Notes: generated by a model not told the origin, from the sequence alone. A DNA stretch of 64,000 nt from Schizochytrium sp. TIO01 (GCA_004764695.1 SMSO01000008.1:124001-188000), one strand, 5' to 3'. Shown: positions 45,377 through 59,330, counted from the first letter of the stretch. Program-made: numbers and translations.

Positions 45377-46504
45377 ATGTACTACTCTTTTTTTAACGTG
45401 TCTTTCCTGATTGGATAGAATATTGATTTTGAACCTCTTGAGGCAGAACAAGAAATTCGTCTTAGTGACAAAAAAGCACGATTCTACAATGTGGCCCTTT
45501 TTTTAATTTATTGTAATCGAAAAGAAATTTGCATTGCGACAGACTCGATTATGAATTCTGGCTTAAGCGAACTCTTGCTTGCACATCGAAATGAATCCCT
45601 GACTGTCCTCATTACGGAAAATTTGAGTTATTACTGATGTACAGCTCTGTGAGTTTCATCAATTACAATATAAGAAAGTATAGCAAAAGACGCTTGGGTC
45701 CAGCATCAATCTCTGGATACTGCAATTTTGTATTACTGTTTCATAAAAAGTTCAATATTTTCTATATGGATCCATCACCAAATGAAAGATTCTTTGCTCC
45801 TATGATTGATCAAAACAAAGTGGACAAGGCGCACGCTTAATGATACTACCTGCAACGGCGCAATAAGATAAAGAAATTGCAAAAGCTACAAGAAATCCCT
45901 TCTATGAATGTCCTTCATGTGAGAGGATGTCGGAAGACTGTGACTACAACCTGAGCTCTCGAATCTTTCCCAGTTCTAAGATGTGTTAGATTATTGAATG
46001 GTTGTTTGAAAATCTTCCTAGGAAACTTGTACCTGTCGCGCAAAAAATGATCCTAAACTACTATTGGCCATTCAAGTTAGTTGACGACTATTCATCGATA
46101 TCAACGGCGAGGCAGGTCCTCGGTCTCAAAACAAGCAACTGATAGCTTACGATATTGCCAAATACGTGCCTTTAATTCAGAGGCGAGTTGATAAAGCACA
46201 AGAAAAGGCAAAGCAGAAGAACAAGATTGAAACAAATATCATTTGGGGAAAAGTTGAAACTTCGTTATTCAGGAAAGAGCTCCATAAACATAAAGTCAGG
46301 GACAGAAAAATGATGCGGCGCGCACCAAAGGCACGCAGCCTTCCACTCCGGACGTCCACATTAGGATAAACTAACATGCCGTCACCTCAGCCTTGTGGTT
46401 GAACTGGGGTCTCCCAATCATCATGATGGGGGGATTTCTCTGCTGCTTTAGAAAGAATTCATGGAAGCCAACGCAAAAAACAAGCTCGTAATAAAAGCGC
46501 CAAC

Positions 46505-47194
46505 TTAGAAGTAGATCTGGAAAGAGGGGCCCATGGTGGTCTTGAGGTAAGCCACCTTGATGTTCTGCCAGGACTTCTTGAGGAGGGAGGCGAGGAAGTT
46601 GAGGGCGAGCTTGAGGTTGATCTCGTTCTCCTCGTTGGTAAGCTCAACGTTGCCAACAGCGACGGAAAGGCAAAGAACCTTCTTCATCTGGAACTTAACC
46701 TGGGCCTTGACCTCGTTAACCTTGGCCTCGAGGCTCTCAGAGGGGGCCACGACGGTGGGGAACTTACCGGCACGGTTGAGGCCGGGTCCAAGAAGACGGG
46801 GGATCTGCTTGATGAGAGCCTGGGAAGCGACGAAGGCATCGTACTTCTTGGCAAGCTTCTTCACGAGCTTCTTGTTCTTGTTGAGCTTCTTGAGGTCATC
46901 GACACTCATGTGGGCGTAGCCAAGGTCCTTGGCCTGCTCGCAGTGGACGTCATTACCGAGAACGCAGACCTTCATGTTGGGGCGGGGCACGGTGGGGAGC
47001 TTGAAGGTACCGGCGAAACGCTTGTCCTTACGCGGGTCATAGTTCTTAAGGGTAACCTGGAGCTCGATGGTCTCGGTGAAGTTACGCTTCTTGCCCTTGA
47101 GGGTCTCGCCATCCTTCTCAATCTCCTCACCAGAGGAAAAGGCGATCATCTTCGCGAGGGCATCATCGAGAACCTCCTTGTTGAGCTTGGACAT
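46505..47194 (-). CDS. RPL10A: 60S ribosomal protein L10a (uL1)
   Basis: [55 protein letters not shown]; intronless with strong GC3 codon bias. Confidence 0.98.
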   Translation of the reverse strand: MSKLNKEVLDDALAKMIAFSSGEEIEKDGETLKGKKRNFTETIELQVTLKNYDPRKDKRFAGTFKLPTVPRPNMKVCVLGNDVHCEQAKDLGYAHMSVDDLKKLNKNKKLVKKLAKKYDAFVASQALIKQIPRLLGPGLNRAGKFPTVVAPSESLEAKVNEVKAQVKFQMKKVLCLSVAVGNVELTNEENEINLKLALNFLASLLKKSWQNIKVAYLKTTMGPSFQIYF

Positions 47195-50115
47195 CTTGCT
47201 GGGTGGGGTTGGTTGACGACCGAGTCCGTCTGCTGTTGCTGTGTTATGCTTGCACGACTGTCTTACTTCGACAAGTCCGCGTTGGGAGACAGCTGCTCCT
47301 TCCCCCAGTCAATCTCTCTTCTTTCTTTTCTTTTCTCTTCCTTTTTCTCTTGTCTCTTTAACCCTCTTATTAATAGTTTTTCTTCCCTTGTTTTGCTACC
47401 ACTGCCATTCAATCGCCCATTCAATCGCCACTCAAGCACCACTCTTCACCTCCCTCCTTCCATCATCTCCAGCGAACATACACAATAGCAACTCAGGGGA
47501 TATATACTCATTGTCCTATCAAAAACCATAGTGCGTAATCAGGTCGAAAGAAAATATTTTTCCCTTTATTCCCTCGTGCTTTGTCCTCCATTCATTTGTC
47601 TTATTTATTGTAGACTAGATGGAGGGTCTTACTAACTAAGACGTTGGAACTTCAGAGATAGCCTAACTAAACACTGGTAATTCAGAGCCTGGGGGGGTAT
47701 GCGACAGAAAACTAGGGTAGGCATCTTCTATTTTTTATAGAATACAAATAAGTATAGGGTACACTAAATACTTGTATTGATATATAAAAGAAATGATTGA
47801 TCCTTCATTTTGTTCAACTTGAAAGTAATAGAAAATAGAAAATTGTGCTATGTACTTGATTAGTACCTTACTACCCACCTACTACTATTATTTGCCTAGC
47901 CTGGCATCATAGTAGCTAATAAGAGCTGCAGGTTGGTAAGTTAGCTAACTACCTGTATAGGTAGCTGCCACTTACCTCTAGAGTGAGATTTTTAGCTTCC
48001 CAAGCTTATAACCAGAGTAGTGAGAGAGTAGTGAGAGATGTTTGTTCATTCGGTACAGGTACATTCAGAAGAATTTTGAAAGTTTGTCCCACAATATTCT
48101 GCGTAATCAGGTGCATGCTTTCAAATGCTCATAACACCTACATATGGTCTTTTCAAACATTTTTTATTCGTAAGCTTTTTACTTGGAAATGTTTCTATGT
48201 TCCATGACCCTATGATTTGATACCAGTGAGCTCATTTCTTTACGAATTCAAGAGGTAGACACAACGTACTACTTGGTGGATTTGCCTAAGTTTTTGCCCA
48301 AGCAGAAGCATTGATTAAACATCAATAGCCTTTGAGTTGTGTGATTGCTCAAAAAAAAATAAAAAATGATCTGTTGGGGAGTGTAGATTTGAGTCTTTGC
48401 AAATTCACCAGGGAGACTCTGGGCTTCTTGCAAGGTCTCCTCGGGTATCGTAAATATGGAAGGTTACTCAGCTGCAGCTTGAAACGATGCTGAGTATATT
48501 TACATTTTGTAGATATTAGATACTTTATTTTCTAAATCAATCATCCAGGAGTTGACTTTTTCAGTTCTGTGTGTGGGGGGGGTGCATAAACGCGAATGAT
48601 CTGCATGCTAGTAGCTAAACATTTATTATACTCCATATCGAACTTAGACATTCACGTTATTCGCTGCGGCATTGAATAGGCCTGATTTCACATTTTCAGT
48701 AGCTTTGCTACTTAGGTACTTTCTGGAGGACTATAGACTATTTCAGGCGCTACTCTGAAGGTTATAGATATGGATGCTGGATAGACATCTATAAATTATA
48801 CTGGAATTAAAGTGTCTGAGAAGCAGAATTGGGTGTCCTCTTCTATAAATAATTTCAACATATCTCGTGAATGCCACGAACTGAGGGAAACGAAAACTCT
48901 TTCTGTTCAACAATAGCACATATACTACAGGTATCTGTAGAACAAAATGCTCGAGGACGTCTGTTGATCGGTAGCAGATCACGGATAGTTCCAGACATCT
49001 GCTACTACGCACCTTGCGAACATTACAATTTTTATCTAGAATATTTGTCTTCAAATCAACACTCAACTCCGGCAGATTCACTAATCAGAGACATTAAAAA
49101 ATGCTTTCAAAAGTGGATAACTCATAACTAGGTGATGCACTGAACAATTGACCAGTAGAATCATGCTCACAGGTTCATAAGTGAACTGTAATTTCTGTCT
49201 ATTTATGATGATTGTATATACATATATATCATATATATATTTACACATATACTGGTTTATAGGAGACTCGGGTTTTTATCAGTTACCTGCACTGAAAATC
49301 ATTCACAAGGATAAAATGGAACCCCCAATGAGAGACAACTAAAGCGTTAAACAATTGAAGTAAAAAATGGACCATCTATCTACGTTTTTGAGAGCGGTCA
49401 AGTAAAATTCTTAAAGAATGTGTTTTATATTTCTGCGGAATTGCAACTACTAGAAAACAAGCAAAGGAATTACGGCCAATTCAACCTAAACTATTATTAT
49501 GAAGCCCATATCTGTGCCTGAATTGATTTTTCCACAACTAAGCACATCTATATATCATTACCCTATAAACACTCTCAAAAAGGTATTACATGTCGAGTAT
49601 GCAATTCAGTAATACTACCCGCGCTCGATTTGGCCCTGAATAGAAATATAGCTTAGCGCTGACTGCGACAAATGATAGAGCTATAACAAATCACTCTTGA
49701 TCTATGTAAAGCTAAGGAACCCTGTTTTGCTTAAGAAAAGAGAATCATCTCAAAAGCAGAATAAATATTTTTATTTCTACCTCACCAAGCCGACCTACAT
49801 ATTCAACAAGTAGACTATAAACACCATAACTGTGCTTCAGTCTTGCTACTTGTATAATCGGAATACAACTTGGAAAGCTAAAGAGAAAGGAACAAAAGGG
49901 TAGAGTAGGGGTTAAGATTGAGATACATACATACATGCAAAGGATTACCTACTACAAACAACAACAAAAAACATATAAGATAAAAAAGAGATGGAGAAAC
50001 GGAAAAACGATTCAACACCAACCAAGACAAAAAGTCTCAATAAGAAGGAGTATGTGAAATGCATAGAAGTGCATGAAATCATAGAACTCAACTCAGCTAA
50101 CACATGCGCTTGTCA

Positions 50116-53100
50116 CTAAACAAGGTTACTGTCAGCAAAAGCTTCAGGCAGCAATTCTTTTGATTTGAAACGCCGGTGCAAGATGTGATTTAGTGACTCA
50201 ACGATTTCGTCCGCGGTTGGGCGATCCTTAGGATCATATTGCTGGCATTCCATCGTCAATTCAGCATATTCCCGATCAATGCCTGGGGGAAGGTCAGGAA
50301 GACAGCCTTTGTTGAGCTGCTCCAGGTACTTTTCTTCTGGAATGCCTCGCAAAGGATTGGGTTCAGATGTTACGAACTCCCAGAGGATGATCCCAAAAGA
50401 AAAGATATCACAACGGTGATCATAGCAACGAAAGCGAGAATCAAGGATCTCTGGAGCCGTCCAACCGGCTGTACCCAGCTTGTCATGAAGATCCTCCGTC
50501 ACCCGCGTAGACGTGCCAAAATCCCCAATCTTCATAGAAAAATCCTCATCTACGAGAAGGTTGTCTGATTTAAGGTCTCGGTGTGCTACGGGCGGTTCTG
50601 AAGTATGAAGAAAGCGAATACCTTTTGCAATACGTAAAGCCATCATAAGCTTATACGTAAATGGTAAGTCATGCCACTCCGATGTTTTGCGTAGCTGCGC
50701 AAGACTTCCTCGCGGCATCAGCTCATAGCAAATCATAAGAAGTGGTCGATCATCCGTTTTCTCCCGGCGTGTCGCCGAATCAATATAAACACCTAAGATC
50801 TGTACAATGCTTACATCGTGAAGTTGCACAAGAACACGGATTTCTTCTAAAAAGGCGTTGTAGACAGACTCCGTGACGACACGTGCACTAAATCGCTTCA
50901 CAGCAACTTTGATGGCCACAAACTCCAAGTTACGGTCATCAGGATCATCATCAGTGGCTGCATCCATAATTTGAGATGCTGTGTCAGCATCAGCTGTAAT
51001 CGATCTGTTCCGTAGACGCGCCCAGGACTCACGAGTACTGACAGCACGAGATTTCCGTCCAGGACCGAGAGCTGCTTCATGAATCTGGTCCACCTTACAG
51101 AGTAGGACACCTTCAAACACTTTGGCAGTCTTGCCATCGCCAAGTGCTTTTTTATTCAAGATTATGAGATCCTCATCTTCAATGAGTGGGGCACCAATAG
51201 CCTGAGCCTCATCAATGAGCTTGGCAAGCAAGGCATCAGATGTATTGTACCGAGCTTCATCATCAATCATTGGAGCAATTTCTTTAGTCGGGGGGGTAGA
51301 GACCTTTCTAAGCTCTATTTTCCCTGAAATAATATTGGCGAGGAGGTTCGGAGCAGGAGGCCTAGGCTGCGCCCCCACTGGAGAGCTTGGTGTCCCTGGA
51401 ATCAATTCGGCTGGTTTTTCCACAACTTCTCCATCGGAGTCGTCTTCAATAGGTATATCATCTTCCGTAAAGTGGCGTAATGAAGTGAAGAGAGGCATTC
51501 GCAACCTCTGCTCGCGGTCACGCATTGCAACGAAATGTTCAATGGCTACACGGCGCCTTTCTGCTAAGGGGATCTCATTCATTTGCCGTGCAAATCGCTG
51601 CGAGTCTCGCTTTGAGCCTTTCTTCACCAACTTAACATAAAGTTCCTCACCAGATACTAAACCAAGGTCTGTGAGGCTTTCCTCATCGCCTTCTAAAGGT
51701 TGCACCTCCACCTGAGAAGCAGCTTTGCGCAAGGTTTCATCTAGTTCTGCCTCAGATCGGGCGTTCGCACTTGATGCAATAAGTGCAGACATGACGTCAC
51801 GATTTGGCTTTCGTGCCACGCGCATTATGAGTACGCAATCTGTATCCCAGGAGTAGGATTGTGCAATGCGGGTTTTTAGGTCAAGGAGGCGCGCACGTGG
51901 GTTTATTCTGATTAACAGTGGCGCGCTCATAGTCTCGCGTTGTACGTGCATGATCCGCTGCAAGGTACCTCCAGAGCCAGTACCCACATTCACTGTAAGA
52001 ACAATGCGATTGCCTCCTATGTGTGCAACGAGGCGCTGCACAATGCTTTCTTCTGACAAATCAGCTGGGCTTGACGCTTCAATGTGGATATGGTGCTTGA
52101 AGATATTCGTAATTACGCGGTGGTGTTCGTTCAGACGCATCGCCATCGATGGAAGCACCCCGCGCTCAGTTTGGTCGTGATAGGTAATAAGCAAAAATTT
52201 GCAACCGCCTACAGGTCCCGTACCATCAACAAAGGAGTGCGAGCGCGCACGAAACCTTCCTGTACCCTCGATAGAGTCAACCTCAACTCGTGCGTAAATC
52301 CAGTACAACCAACCAGGCCGGTAATCCACAGCATCCATGATTCCGCCTTCACCAAACGCATCAATACCTCCGCCGCCATATGCGAGCAAGGCTGGTAGTG
52401 CCAGCGGAGGTTCATCAGTGCTAGAATCTGTCCAACTTTCACCTGAGTTATAACTGTCGAATTCAGCTTCCTCATCCTCGTCATCATCCTCAAAGGGCCC
52501 CAAGCCATCACCTTCGTTATCACCATCAAAGTCATCTTCGCGATCGCTGCCGTGGTCTTCCCGGATGCTGCCACTGATATACTGTTCGGCAAAGGAGCGT
52601 TTATTAGAAGGTGCGTGGTATCCAAGAACCATCCAAGTTAAACTTTCAGAGCTCATGTTTTGCCGAATTGTTTTGAAGACGCTCGCAAGACGTTTGTTTC
52701 GCGAAATGAAGTCTGCTGTTAGCTGTGTATCGCCTTTAGCAAGAGTCCCTACAGCTGTGCCGTCGATTCGAGCTTGTCGGGCTCTAGGTCTGCGCATCAG
52801 GGCTTTTTTGGTAACATCCGCGTAGCTTGCCACATCTTGCAACACAACATCTGCTGACATAAGTTCCGTAAGGTCATTAAGGATACTTGTGAAAGCCATA
52901 CTGGTTGCAAGACGTAATGTTTTCATGTTGCCTTGACTACTGCCAGTCCAGCGATAAACAAATGTGCGGTAGTGATGGTTTGTTTTAGATTGCCGAGCCA
53001 CTCCAACAAAGAAGCGTGGTGTGTCAGTCGCATTGAGCTCAACAATACGATCTGTAAGCTTCTTATATCGACGGCCTTTGTTAACTACGCGGAGTTCACC

Positions 53101-53499
53101 GTCTAGCGCAGTCAGTGCAATTTCGAGCCACTCCTCTTTCACAAACTGCCCTGTGTAAGCCAACGAATCCACATCATGTCTCAATTTTCGCACTTGGTCA
53201 ACTGCTTGCGGGGCAAGCTTCACGGTGGCTCCATGTCCAATGCTTGCCCTACGCTGGAGTTGTATAGCCCGCTCCAAAGCCTCATCGTTCTCGTTGCTGC
53301 TGCTGCTTTCGCTGCCAGCACGTTCCCCGTCAATCTTACTTTTGCGTCGTCCGAGAGAAAGGCTGCTGCTACGCTTTTTCGCGCTGCTGCTTTTTAGCCC
53401 TTCGGACTGTTGTTGCTGTTGGACCAAGCTGCGTTGTTGTTGCTGTTGCTGACGGTGTTTCTTGCTAGACCTTCGCAGCAGCAGCTTGGCGGCCTCCAT
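50116..53499 (-). CDS. Tyrosine-kinase-like protein kinase with two ADF-H-like domains, a ubiquitin-like domain and a WH2 motif
   Basis: Kinase motifs LGDGKTAKV, VAVK, HRDLKSDN, DFG, GTAGWTAPE. WH2-like NLLANIISGKIELRKV. Ubl-like LLDLKTRIA...SLTDLGLVSGEELYV. Likely start at ATG 53499. Confidence 0.88.
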   Translation of the reverse strand: MEAAKLLLRRSSKKHRQQQQQQRSLVQQQQQSEGLKSSSAKKRSSSLSLGRRKSKIDGERAGSESSSSNENDEALERAIQLQRRASIGHGATVKLAPQAVDQVRKLRHDVDSLAYTGQFVKEEWLEIALTALDGELRVVNKGRRYKKLTDRIVELNATDTPRFFVGVARQSKTNHHYRTFVYRWTGSSQGNMKTLRLATSMAFTSILNDLTELMSADVVLQDVASYADVTKKALMRRPRARQARIDGTAVGTLAKGDTQLTADFISRNKRLASVFKTIRQNMSSESLTWMVLGYHAPSNKRSFAEQYISGSIREDHGSDREDDFDGDNEGDGLGPFEDDDEDEEAEFDSYNSGESWTDSSTDEPPLALPALLAYGGGGIDAFGEGGIMDAVDYRPGWLYWIYARVEVDSIEGTGRFRARSHSFVDGTGPVGGCKFLLITYHDQTERGVLPSMAMRLNEHHRVITNIFKHHIHIEASSPADLSEESIVQRLVAHIGGNRIVLTVNVGTGSGGTLQRIMHVQRETMSAPLLIRINPRARLLDLKTRIAQSYSWDTDCVLIMRVARKPNRDVMSALIASSANARSEAELDETLRKAASQVEVQPLEGDEESLTDLGLVSGEELYVKLVKKGSKRDSQRFARQMNEIPLAERRRVAIEHFVAMRDREQRLRMPLFTSLRHFTEDDIPIEDDSDGEVVEKPAELIPGTPSSPVGAQPRPPAPNLLANIISGKIELRKVSTPPTKEIAPMIDDEARYNTSDALLAKLIDEAQAIGAPLIEDEDLIILNKKALGDGKTAKVFEGVLLCKVDQIHEAALGPGRKSRAVSTRESWARLRNRSITADADTASQIMDAATDDDPDDRNLEFVAIKVAVKRFSARVVTESVYNAFLEEIRVLVQLHDVSIVQILGVYIDSATRREKTDDRPLLMICYELMPRGSLAQLRKTSEWHDLPFTYKLMMALRIAKGIRFLHTSEPPVAHRDLKSDNLLVDEDFSMKIGDFGTSTRVTEDLHDKLGTAGWTAPEILDSRFRCYDHRCDIFSFGIILWEFVTSEPNPLRGIPEEKYLEQLNKGCLPDLPPGIDREYAELTMECQQYDPKDRPTADEIVESLNHILHRRFKSKELLPEAFADSNLV

Positions 53500-54182
53500 G
53501 GTGCTGCTATTGCTGCTGCTGCGAGACTTCTTTCTCTCGACTTGACTTGCCTTCGGAAGTGCCTTCAGACGGTACGACGTTGCTGGATTAGAGATTACAC
53601 AAACGACTGGTACCCAGACTGATGGTGTTTTGACTCCTTCGCGCCCGCCGAGGCCGGCTAAACGCGCTCTTGAGGTTGTTTTTATTTCTGTTTGTCTGTG
53701 TCTGTGTGTGTCTGTCTGTGTGTCTGTCTGTCTGTCTTTCTTTGTGTCTGTCTTTCTCTCCTGCACTTTTTTATTTATTTAAAATGATAATAATAAGTTC
53801 ATCTGATAGCCTGAGGCCTTAATCATTCATACAGAAAATCATCATCTTTGAATTTATGAACTAAGAGTAGATCCACTATGCCTTATATATACTATGCATA
53901 TGCAGTAATTTGAAGAAAAGAAGTTATTTCTTCTTCAAGTGCTCTTTGTCATTTCTTAGCCTTTTTTCGCCAGCTGCTAGTCGAAGAAGCCCCACCTCCC
54001 TTTAGCTTCTGGTCGTTCAATTTGGCAGCAGATCTTGATCTATATGACTCCTTAACATAGATGCACCACAAGTCTGCCTCTACACACAGATAAGCGTTTG
54101 GTTTGATTTGGTATTTTGTCGTTTTCTTCTAAAGTCTTATTTTAAAAATCTGCACGTGCTGCCCATCTTTCGAGTTCCTTCC

Positions 54183-54383
<201 letters not shown>

Positions 54384-54932
54384 TATCCAGTTCCCTTGCA
54401 TCATTGTTAGACTTTTCTTCCCTACATTAAAAAATAAATAAACAATACTATGAGTATCCTTTAGGAGTGAAATATTCACTCTCCCTTTCTCTCTGCCATA
54501 GTAACTCTTCAAGGTTGCGCGCACCTTAAACTCTCTCCCTATTACTTTTGTTGTTATTATTATTGTTGAAAGGTATTTTTTAAAACAGGCATCATAAAAC
54601 TAAAAATAAACTTCCAAGATGATTTTCAGAAATTATTTCTACTACTAGCAGAGGGAGTAGATATTCTAAATTGAGAAGGAACAACATCGTGATTATCATG
54701 TCGCAAAAAACCTCAAAGCAAAATCCCAACGCCAAAACGGCCCAGTCATAGCTGCACAAGAACTTGAGCTTTAGAGTGCGTGCAAGTTGCTTCCTGCTTT
54801 TCTCTGTCTGTAGTAGATACACTAGGTAATTGTCAAGTACCATTTACCTTGCCATCTAATGTATCTGGGTCCCAAAGAAGCGTGGACGGTCCTTGTTGGA
54901 GTCTTCAAACTCTGACGACTCTGGTTTTATTG

Positions 54933-54936
<4 letters not shown>

Positions 54937-54964
<28 letters not shown>
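54937..54964. repeat. (CT)n microsatellite
   Basis: Directly visible. Confidence 0.9.
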
Positions 54965-54966
<2 letters not shown>

Positions 54967-56383
54967 GCCACGCACTCATATCCTCTCTCTTGGCTTCAAA
55001 CCTGAACAAGCCCTCTAAAACACCTGTTCGGCTTCTGAGACAGCCTCTATACAAAATAGAACAGAATTATTCATGTTATTTTTGTGTGTCATCGTTTCCG
55101 ATTGCAGATAATTGAAGAAATACAACCGAGTTCAAGTTGTGTTTAAGCCAACAGTTCTGAAAAGATTGCTCGTGAATCACAGTAAACGGCCTCTTTATAC
55201 TGGATTGTCATCACCGATTCAACGCTATGATGCCTTTGGCGTATCCCTTCATTCATTCAAGACTTTGCTGGTGTTTTAAGGTAGGTAGTGGCATCTACTA
55301 GGCGTGCTGGATATTTTGGATTAGGTCTCTGGAACAGGTAAAGTAAGTGCCTAAAATAATCATATAAGCATCCAGTTGAGCTCCCAGGGTACCTTACATA
55401 TTCTTCACATCTCCAGGTTGCCACTAACTGCACAAACGATGGTGCTGATTTTAGTCACTACAACCATAAAGATGGGTAGGAGGGTGCGTTGCAGTGGCAA
55501 AGAGGGTGACAATCCTGAATGAATGGTAGGCTTAGAGTGTGTGGGCCAGGGTGTGTGATAGGTATCACTACTAAAAGAACCGAAGCTTCATTACTTGCAG
55601 CCAGATATTTTAAGTGATGTTTTTTTGTTCCCAGCACCTGTTAGCAGCCACAATGCAGGCCTTCTAGCTAGAACATTTTTCGAAATCTTTCTTTTTCTTT
55701 TATTCACTCGCACAACTTCGAAACGCTAATCCTCTTATTAATAATTAGTTCAACAAGAAAAAATCATCTCATATGGTATTTTACATAATATTATTATTAT
55801 CCATTCGAGTATCTATTTACTCTTCTCGTTCTTCAATAATGAGTGTTGTGTTGTTTGACTTAAGTTATTACCCAAGCTCAAAAGTATACAAATGACCTCT
55901 GTCTCGATAGGTACCGTAGGTACTCATGAGCGGAGCTCACTAAAACAATCGTATACGCACAATTTACTGTAGTTGTGAAATTTCGTTATGAAAATGTTAG
56001 ACACCCTCTGACTGGTGACTATTTCGAGTTGCCTAGCTAGAGGAACCTCTTAGTACTACTCACTTATCCTCTTCTGCAGAAGCAGGTAGCTAGCTAGCTA
56101 CCTACTCTTTAATTCTTTTCCCTGGAGTCACGATCAGCTCCAATCTTTCTTTTACTAAAACTCCTCTTTCTCTCCCAATAATTCATGCTACCAGGTGCTA
56201 TGTCTGCTTATTATATTACGCAGTCCCTGCGATTGTCTTGACTTGAGGTTTTACCCAAGCTTCCTACCTCTGACTAGTTACATTGCCTAGGCCCCTCTAG
56301 AGAATGCTTAAAGAATTCCCAGTCTGCACGTGCTGCATAGTATACACTACTAGTGTTAACTGTTAATAGTTATTATTTGTAAA

Positions 56384-57260
56384 CACTTAGAGTTTCCTTT
56401 ACCAAATTTGCAAAGGCCCAATTCGAGGTTAAAAGACTAACCCGCAACTACTCGTAAATCATGTCCTTGCATACCTCTGGCGGCGCAGATATCACGATCT
56501 GCCACGTGTTTGTATTGTTGGGGGTATCTGAAAGCCTAGGATATTTCGAGCTTGCCGTGGATAGTTCCACATTCATTGCGTGGTTTTGAAGCGTAGCCCT
56601 CTCGGCAAATGGCATTTTTACATCAGGGAGAAAGCTCGGCTTTGCGAACAAGCGCTTGACGGAAGCTAAAGCGGCCCCAATGACACATCGTTTGATCTGT
56701 CTTGCTTTTGATCCGTCGGGTTAGCTTGTCGAGGCTTCATTTTAGGCAAAAGGATAACTTGATATTATTCACAGAGCCAAAGTGCAAGCTTGCGGAGAAT
56801 CTCGATAGTCCAGTAGGAGCGCGCAAGCCCAGCCTGCTAAAGTTGACCCCTGTACCGATATTTTTGTAGACGGCAGAGGCTGGATAGGTCACCAGCCCGG
56901 CATTTGAATCTCTTTTTTACCTCGCACTATAACGTGAATTATGGCACGGTCAGTGCTGCGTTGCTTGCGACCGCCGGAATAAACCGCAGCGATAGGTACG
57001 CTCAGCGTCGCAACTTGTGTATATGCGAATGCCTCTGGGAAGGGCACTTGCTGAGGCACCAAACTTCTTGTTGAAGTACTTTGATAATTTGAATTGAAGG
57101 TTTGCTTCACTTGTAGTGTTTGGAGATTGGTGATTACTTGGCCATTTCAGTTTCCACTTCTTTAAATTAACAAACACCTAATTAATTATCATATAGCATC
57201 TAGGCCTACATGGAATAGTAGCTATCATTTAGGTGATGTATAAGCTCTAACGCTTTCAGT
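56384..57260 (-). mobile_element. Non-autonomous IS607/Fanzor2 derivative, copy C
   Basis: YKNIGTGVNFSRLGLRALLD joined to EILRKLALWLCE, RRIKSKT, FRQALVRKAE, ADRDICAARG; right end CTAAGTG. Confidence 0.85.
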
Positions 57261-58349
57261 TGTATCAGTATGTACGTAGTAGTCTTGTGTATTAATATTT
57301 CTTCTTCCTTTTCTTCTTCTTCTTCTTCTTCAAGCATTGTTTATTTTCAATTAAAAAATACTATATAGGCCTATATAAGAAACACATGGTAGTAGTAAAG
57401 ATACTGAGGTAGTCGTACCTACTCTAAAACTGAGGACGCCTCACTAGTCAAAAGATATTAAAAATCTTTTAGCTTGCATTGAAACAATCACTCGTTGGAG
57501 TTGGCATGAGTTTATAGGGACAAAAAGTAACAGGTAATACGCAGTAGTAAAATGAGGAGGTTTTACTCTAAATAACCCTATTGTTGAGAGAGAAGCGCAT
57601 CCCGCAGCAGAGTTCGAATTGCTTTTTGTATTTACAAAATGCGAAGAAGTCTATGCACATACTGCTATACCATATAGAAAATCAATTAAAATGTCATAGT
57701 TTGCGTATGTGCAGAGTAGCAATGAGATATGTAAATATATATATAAACGTTGGAGAATCAGCTCACACTCTATCCGATATTCATTATATTACAATTCTTA
57801 AACAAATTCCAAATAAATTAATCAAGATATCTACCTCCATATAAGTCTGAGCCTTTCACATATTTTCTCACACCAATACATATATCAATTGCACAGAAAA
57901 CTCAAAGACTAACCGTGACCAGTGAAGTGGGGTAACATCTCTAGGGTTTGGGCCTCTTCACATTTTCACTGGTGCCTACTCCCTACTCTACACAGACCAC
58001 TCATTATCACACTCACTAGTTAGAGATGATGAGTAATAAGTTAAAATGTCTTAGCCCAAGCCAAAACAATCACTGCTTACTGATCAAATTATGGTCATGG
58101 GACTCATAGCAGGCTATCATTTGTTCACTCTCAACAGAAAAGATCGTGGTTCTCTGTTTATGCGGACTCCCTAGAATTTTTATTTTTACATTTATATTTA
58201 TTTTTGAAATAAAAAAATAAAATGAAATAAAATGTTTTGAACTTTTAAACATGGAAAACAATTATAGCTGCAATTATAGTTGTTACACACCCCATGTATG
58301 GACGCTTTATTTCATAAATTCCTTATCTCTCAAAATTTTGATTATATTC

Positions 58350-59330
58350 CATGACTGGCAGGTTGCAATCATCCAAGCACGATGACTTCATCAGTGCGTA
58401 TTCATGCCACTTTATGGTGCCAAGTAAGCCCATAACGTTCCAACCGCTCTCACGAACATGAACTTGTCTAGCTAGCCCCAAAGCCTTGAGTTTCCTTCTC
58501 TCTGTATGATCATTTCCCTCTTAACTCTCTTAATCTTCGCAAACCTACACTTCAGAATACGCTGTGCGATGTTGCAATGCCTCTTATGCCTCAAGAGATC
58601 TTCTGTCAGCGGTATGTAATGACTAGTCTAGGTGTGCATTCACGGGGTCTAGTGATGCCCTTCTACTCAAACTTGTTGTGTTTATGATGTCCATAATAAT
58701 GGAAATGGAACCAAAGTACGAAATTTCCTCCATGGAGTGTTTTCCTTTTAACCGCGCAATGAATTATACAGCAGGTTGACATTCAATTGTATTTGTATAA
58801 TACAAAAAGCGAAGATAACGATCCTGACCAACTGAGCTCTTTACCCTACACAAAGCTCATACAGTGCAAGCCCTGACCCAGGATCCCATATTTGAATGGA
58901 CAATAACATCACAAAGAAAGCCCATTCAAAATTGACTGTAAAGAACTCAATAATCGCCACTCTTGTCATCGTCTGAGCTTTGCGTCAGCTTCGGTCTACC
59001 CAACAAAGTAGGAAATATTCATTATTGCTATTTTCAGAAGAAGATATAATTCATTGTTTTTCACGAACTTTAGGCTTGCCTGCCGAAACACTCCGTGCAC
59101 AGATTTCATGAACTGTCCATATTTATGCTTCAACCTGTATCATTGATGGCACCAAATTGATATCTATCTTTTCAACAGTCTTGTATGTGAAGCGCCAGGC
59201 TTCAAGCTTTTATCTTGTTGGAGCTTACGCCTAAGCACGAGCATAGAAGATTGAATTGTAGAGACCTGATTGCCTGGAGCCACGTGGATTATGGTCAACG
59301 TCTACCCATTCTCAAGTATCACTAATGATT
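58350..59330 (-). pseudogene. Possible heavily decayed Fanzor1/TnpB-like nuclease
   Basis: Fragments occur in the expected order: SILNGLSL, WDPG (58877-58885), HTAD..LEA, RFAKIKRVKR, GFGA, IKWHEYAL..LDD. Many stops and frameshifts. Confidence 0.3.
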
